From Bacillota bacterium (lineage in GTDB: Bacteria > Bacillota > Clostridia > Christensenellales > SZUA-584), in contig JAEWCC010000007.1 of NCBI GenBank assembly GCA_023390815.1, forward strand, positions 25,315 through 89,314: 64,000 nt of DNA. Reading direction: 5' to 3'. Below are positions 60,740 to 64,000 of this stretch, piece by piece (position 1 is the first letter of the stretch; the number at the start of each line of letters is the position of its first letter). Below the pieces are notes generated by a model. The model ran no database searches. It was not told the origin of the DNA and saw nothing but the letters and a program-made list of their open reading frames with translations. The position numbers and the translations under genes were made by a program.

Positions 60740-63412
60740 CTACATCTCATTCGTCAGATTGAAATATGTATACCCCTCGTCCATGTGGCACCATTCGTCC
60801 CGGTATGCTTTGCCTTGCACGTCCACATGGGATATGGCTTTTTGTTCGAGCCCTTCTATGGCTCCGGAAAAACGACCCGCTGCGTAGACCCGCTTCAGCG
60901 CCGTCGCCACGGGTCGGTAGTCGAATTGCTCGTCCTTTTCGTTTTCCGCAATGATGGAGATCATCTTCACGACCGCTACGTCATTCAGCCGCCATGCCCA
61001 ACGCTTGTCAAGTTCGTCCAAACGCGAACAGATTTCAGGCGTACAATAGCGCGGGATATCAGAAATCACGGTCTCAAAAAGCGCCTTCGCGTCGGTAACG
61101 CGCCGCAACGCCTCTTTCCGTACGTTCAGCGCCTTCGCCTCCCGGGCGATTATCAGCAGCTTATCCGGATCGGTGATTCGCTTCATATCCATATCCGCTT
61201 TTTCAAGGTTCAATGCTATGTCCATCAGCGTATCCTCGTCAGCAATGCGCCGGACGGCTTCCTCCCTCATCAGCAGCGGCATATACGTATCAAGCGCAAG
61301 CTTTTTTAACTCTTCCGGGCTGGTGATCGCATCGAGTGCTGCCATCTGTTCCCTAAGCTCCTTTTCGTAATATGGGATGCGGTCTTCCGCATTCGTTTCC
61401 GGCACTACCGCGGGGACATGTTCTTCAGGTTTCGGCAACAAGTCAAAGTAGATGTAATCCCCGTCCTGATGGCACCATTTATCGCGATATTCCTTTCCGG
61501 TATAGTCGAAGTGCGCCACGGCTTTTCCATGCAATCCCTCAATGGCCGCTTTTGCACGTCCCTGCCGGTATATGCTTTTTAGCGCAGCCGCATAATGTCG
61601 GTAGTCGAACTGCTCATCCTTTTTGTTGTTCGCGATAACGCAGGTGAGCGTTTTAACCGCCGCGTCGTCAAGCTGCTGCGCCCAATCCGCATCCAACTCG
61701 CTCAGGCGCTCGCAGATCTCGGGCTTAAAGCTATTTTGCACATTGGCGCTTACTAATTTAAAAAGCGCTTTCGCGTCATGAATACGCTTTAGCGCCTGTT
61801 TGCGTATCCGCAGGTCTTTTGCGTCGTTGGCGACAAGCAGTAACATATCCGGGTTTTTAATCGTGTGCAGGTTGAAATCCTGTTCCTCCGGCATCTCGAT
61901 CTTCAGCGCAACGTCGAGCAGCGTATATTCGTCCGTGATTCGACGGGCTGCCGCCGCGCGTATTCTCGGCGCAACATCGCCGTCCAGTGCGATTTCCTTT
62001 AATGCCAACTGGCTTGTGACCGCCTGCAGATCCTGCAGCGCGTCGTTTACGTCCCTATTGTTTTGACGTCTGAATATCACCGGATCGATATCCGGCTTTA
62101 TATCGTCAAGTTCCAGATAGGTAAAGCCTCCGTCCTCGTGGCAGCCCTTATCACGGTTTACCTTCCCGCTGGAATCGCTGTGAGATACGGCAGTCCCTTT
62201 AAGCGCGGCGATATGCTGCACCGCATGTCCTTTCCCGTACATGCGCCTCAGCGCGGCTGCAATATGAGTATAATCGAACCGCTGGTCCGCCGTATTCTCC
62301 GCCAGTATCCCTGCCAAACCCTCCACGGTACGGTTACCGGCTTTTTGTACCCAGTCTTTATCGATTTCGTCGAGTCGCTCGAAAAATTTTCGGTCTCTGT
62401 AGCGCTTTGGGTTGTTGTCAAACAGCGAAAGCATCGTATCCAGTCTGCCAATGCGCAGCAGTGCGTTCTCGCTGATCTCGCTGTCCTTAGCGCCATGGTG
62501 GACGCGCAGTAGCGCCTCGTCCCCCGACACATATTTCAGTGCATCCGAACACAGAAAACTCGTTTGGTATTCGGATGGAAACCGTTCCGGGCCGTCGTGC
62601 ATGGCGATGCGCTCAAATACCCCAAAATCCCGGATGCGGCTTTTGGCCTGAACACGCGCCTCCTCCGGCCCGCTCAGCGCCATCAACGCCAGCTGCCGAT
62701 CGTCTTCGAGGTCTTCCGGGCTTACCAGCTTTGTACATTCACGCAGTATGTATTCATTCAACGTTTGGTCCATGATTACCAGTGCAAGTGCCGGGTCACC
62801 CGCTTTCTTCACTGCACCGGTGCAAATGTGTGCCTTCTGCGCAGTGTGTGCCAGCTTGACCGCACGGCCGGTATCCGTCATATTGGCTATTGCAGCCAGA
62901 CGGATATCTTCGTCATCCGCCGAGTCGAACGCTTCATTCAGGTATTGCGGATCATTGACCCTCTCCAGCGCGATCATGCGTACTCCTTGATCCAGGTCTT
63001 TCGCAGCCAGCCACTTGAGTGTCGCCTGATCTGCCAGATGCGCCGCTGCCTTGCGGCGCAGCCCGTACCCCCCCGCGTACCGAGCTACGGCGGCCAAACA
63101 GCTTTGCAACTTCGCGTCACTTTCGATCGCCCGCTTATCCATCTTTTCAAGGCCGTCCCACACGCGGCAAAGCGGCTCCACTGCCCTGAGGCGTTTGATC
63201 GCTGCTTCGCGCGGGACGCTTAATTTTGGCGTGTTTATCACATCTAGAATTAGCTGGCAGTCCCAAATCCGTTTTACCGCTTCCTCGCGAATATAATGAT
63301 TGGATGCATTCAATGCCGCGTCGCGAAGTGTTGCTTCCTTTTGAACTTTGTTCAGCGCCGCCAATGCATTTTTAAAGTTCTCCGACATCCATCCCGGCTT
63401 GAAAAGGCCCAT
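60740..63412 (-). CDS. MGLF / HEAT-like repeat family protein with three tandem tail-bearing modules (member 9, 890 aa)
   Basis: Start moved to the ATG at 63412 (MGLFKPGWMSENFKNALAALNKV, RBS AAGGAGG). Three copies of ...H.D..GK.(Y/N)RD..CH.D....Y..L: VSHSDSSGKVNRDKGCHEDGGFTYLEL, VAHFDYTGKEYRDKWCHQDGDYIYFDL, ISHVDVQGKAYRDEWCHMDEGYTYFNL. Confidence 0.8.
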   Translation of the reverse strand: MGLFKPGWMSENFKNALAALNKVQKEATLRDAALNASNHYIREEAVKRIWDCQLILDVINTPKLSVPREAAIKRLRAVEPLCRVWDGLEKMDKRAIESDAKLQSCLAAVARYAGGYGLRRKAAAHLADQATLKWLAAKDLDQGVRMIALERVNDPQYLNEAFDSADDEDIRLAAIANMTDTGRAVKLAHTAQKAHICTGAVKKAGDPALALVIMDQTLNEYILRECTKLVSPEDLEDDRQLALMALSGPEEARVQAKSRIRDFGVFERIAMHDGPERFPSEYQTSFLCSDALKYVSGDEALLRVHHGAKDSEISENALLRIGRLDTMLSLFDNNPKRYRDRKFFERLDEIDKDWVQKAGNRTVEGLAGILAENTADQRFDYTHIAAALRRMYGKGHAVQHIAALKGTAVSHSDSSGKVNRDKGCHEDGGFTYLELDDIKPDIDPVIFRRQNNRDVNDALQDLQAVTSQLALKEIALDGDVAPRIRAAAARRITDEYTLLDVALKIEMPEEQDFNLHTIKNPDMLLLVANDAKDLRIRKQALKRIHDAKALFKLVSANVQNSFKPEICERLSELDADWAQQLDDAAVKTLTCVIANNKKDEQFDYRHYAAALKSIYRQGRAKAAIEGLHGKAVAHFDYTGKEYRDKWCHQDGDYIYFDLLPKPEEHVPAVVPETNAEDRIPYYEKELREQMAALDAITSPEELKKLALDTYMPLLMREEAVRRIADEDTLMDIALNLEKADMDMKRITDPDKLLIIAREAKALNVRKEALRRVTDAKALFETVISDIPRYCTPEICSRLDELDKRWAWRLNDVAVVKMISIIAENEKDEQFDYRPVATALKRVYAAGRFSGAIEGLEQKAISHVDVQGKAYRDEWCHMDEGYTYFNLTNEM

Positions 63413-63498
63413 TGTATCCTCCTTGCTGGTTTCCGCCTGTTTTCCCTTCACCGCGCGCAACTCTTTCCGACCACTCCGCTGTTTATTCAGTTTTGTTC

Positions 63499-64000
63499 TC
63501 AGTCCAGCGTAAAGTAAGTATAACCTTCATCGTTATGGCACGACGCACTACGGTACTCCTTGCCATGATGGTCGCTGTGAGCAATCGGTTTGTTCATTAA
63601 ACCTTTAATCTCCGTTTGAATACGTCCCCTTTGGTATACCCGTTTCAGCACCGAACCAATATACCGCATGTCGAATCTCTCATCCGCCCTGTTACACGAA
63701 ACAGTTTTAACGAGCGCTTTTACCACGTCGTCATCCAGCCGCAGCGGCCAGTCTGCATCCAACTCGTCCAGCCGTGTGCATATTTCCGGCGTGAAGCTGC
63801 GCGGCATATCTGCTCTGACCACTGTATAAAGTATTTCTACATCCGTTATGCGCCGGAGGGCTTCCTCCCGCACCTCGCGCGCATTGGCTCCTTTAGCCAG
63901 CGCCAGCAGTATACGCTCATCGGCAATTCGGCTGACGGCCTGTACGCTGAGCTTATTGGGCATATTCGGATTTAAAGCGACAGCCCTCAAAAATTCGGGG
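63499..64000 (-). CDS. HEAT-like repeat / HxD-tail family protein (member 10), N-terminus outside window
   Basis: The frame is open to nt 64000 (the track M is a TTG; upstream codons are not stops). Ends IAHSDHHGKEYRSASCHNDEGYTYFTLD, the same module as in 60740..63412. Confidence 0.75.
   Translation of the reverse strand, partial: PEFLRAVALNPNMPNKLSVQAVSRIADERILLALAKGANAREVREEALRRITDVEILYTVVRADMPRSFTPEICTRLDELDADWPLRLDDDVVKALVKTVSCNRADERFDMRYIGSVLKRVYQRGRIQTEIKGLMNKPIAHSDHHGKEYRSASCHNDEGYTYFTLD

Noticed and set aside
60323-63223. Plus-strand ORFs of 328 aa, 157 aa, 149 aa and 219 aa
   Set aside because: They are antisense to family members and the pseudogene. The minus-strand frames carry the conserved N-terminus, repeats and tails.
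38536-64000. MGLF start as a eukaryote-type N-myristoylation signal
   Set aside because: Position 5 after Gly is Pro or Lys rather than Ser, Thr, Ala, Gly, Cys or Asn, so the consensus is not met. There is also no evidence of delivery into host cells.

Overview
This 64-kb window appears to come from a Gram-positive-type anaerobe, judging by AGGAGG-type RBSs, lipobox lipoproteins, a MobV relaxase and BMC content. Lineage cannot be fixed from sequence alone. I found no rRNA, tRNA or CRISPR array. There are three blocks.

(1) 1-11984, all minus strand: a bacterial microcompartment (BMC) operon. It encodes 2 BMC-H, 1 BMC-T and 2 BMC-P shell proteins, an acylating aldehyde dehydrogenase, PduL, an RnfC/PduS-like Fe-S flavoprotein, two Zn alcohol dehydrogenases, a deoxyribose-phosphate aldolase, a glycerol-kinase-family kinase and a SorC regulator. 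This matches a sugar-phosphate-utilisation (SPU)-like locus.

(2) 12.0-38.4 kb: a compositionally mosaic accessory region cut into cassettes by a four-copy repeat family. The cassettes are:
- a 2254-aa secreted GH36-like glycosidase with three palindromic operators upstream
- TetR plus a 1978-aa Gly-rich beta-helix / Ig-repeat surface protein
- a MobV relaxase, oriT-like hairpins and an HTH remnant, with no integrase
- a very AT-rich two-gene cassette (Lon-like AAA+ ATPase without a protease domain, plus a membrane protein)
- a 1435-aa PEGA / beta-helix / FN3 surface protein

(3) 38.5-64 kb, all minus strand: an operon-like array of at least 11 paralogues of a family I do not recognise. The family has an MGLFxPxWM N-terminus, ~26-residue HEAT-like repeats and a His-x-Asp / Cys-His-x-Asp tail. 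Interleaved genes include a fused double radical-SAM/SPASM enzyme, an LRR lipoprotein, a second lipoprotein, a frameshifted RCC1-repeat gene, zinc-ribbon proteins and several decayed copies.

The best candidates for something undescribed are the rSAM plus HxD-tail family association and the AT-rich Lon-like cassette.
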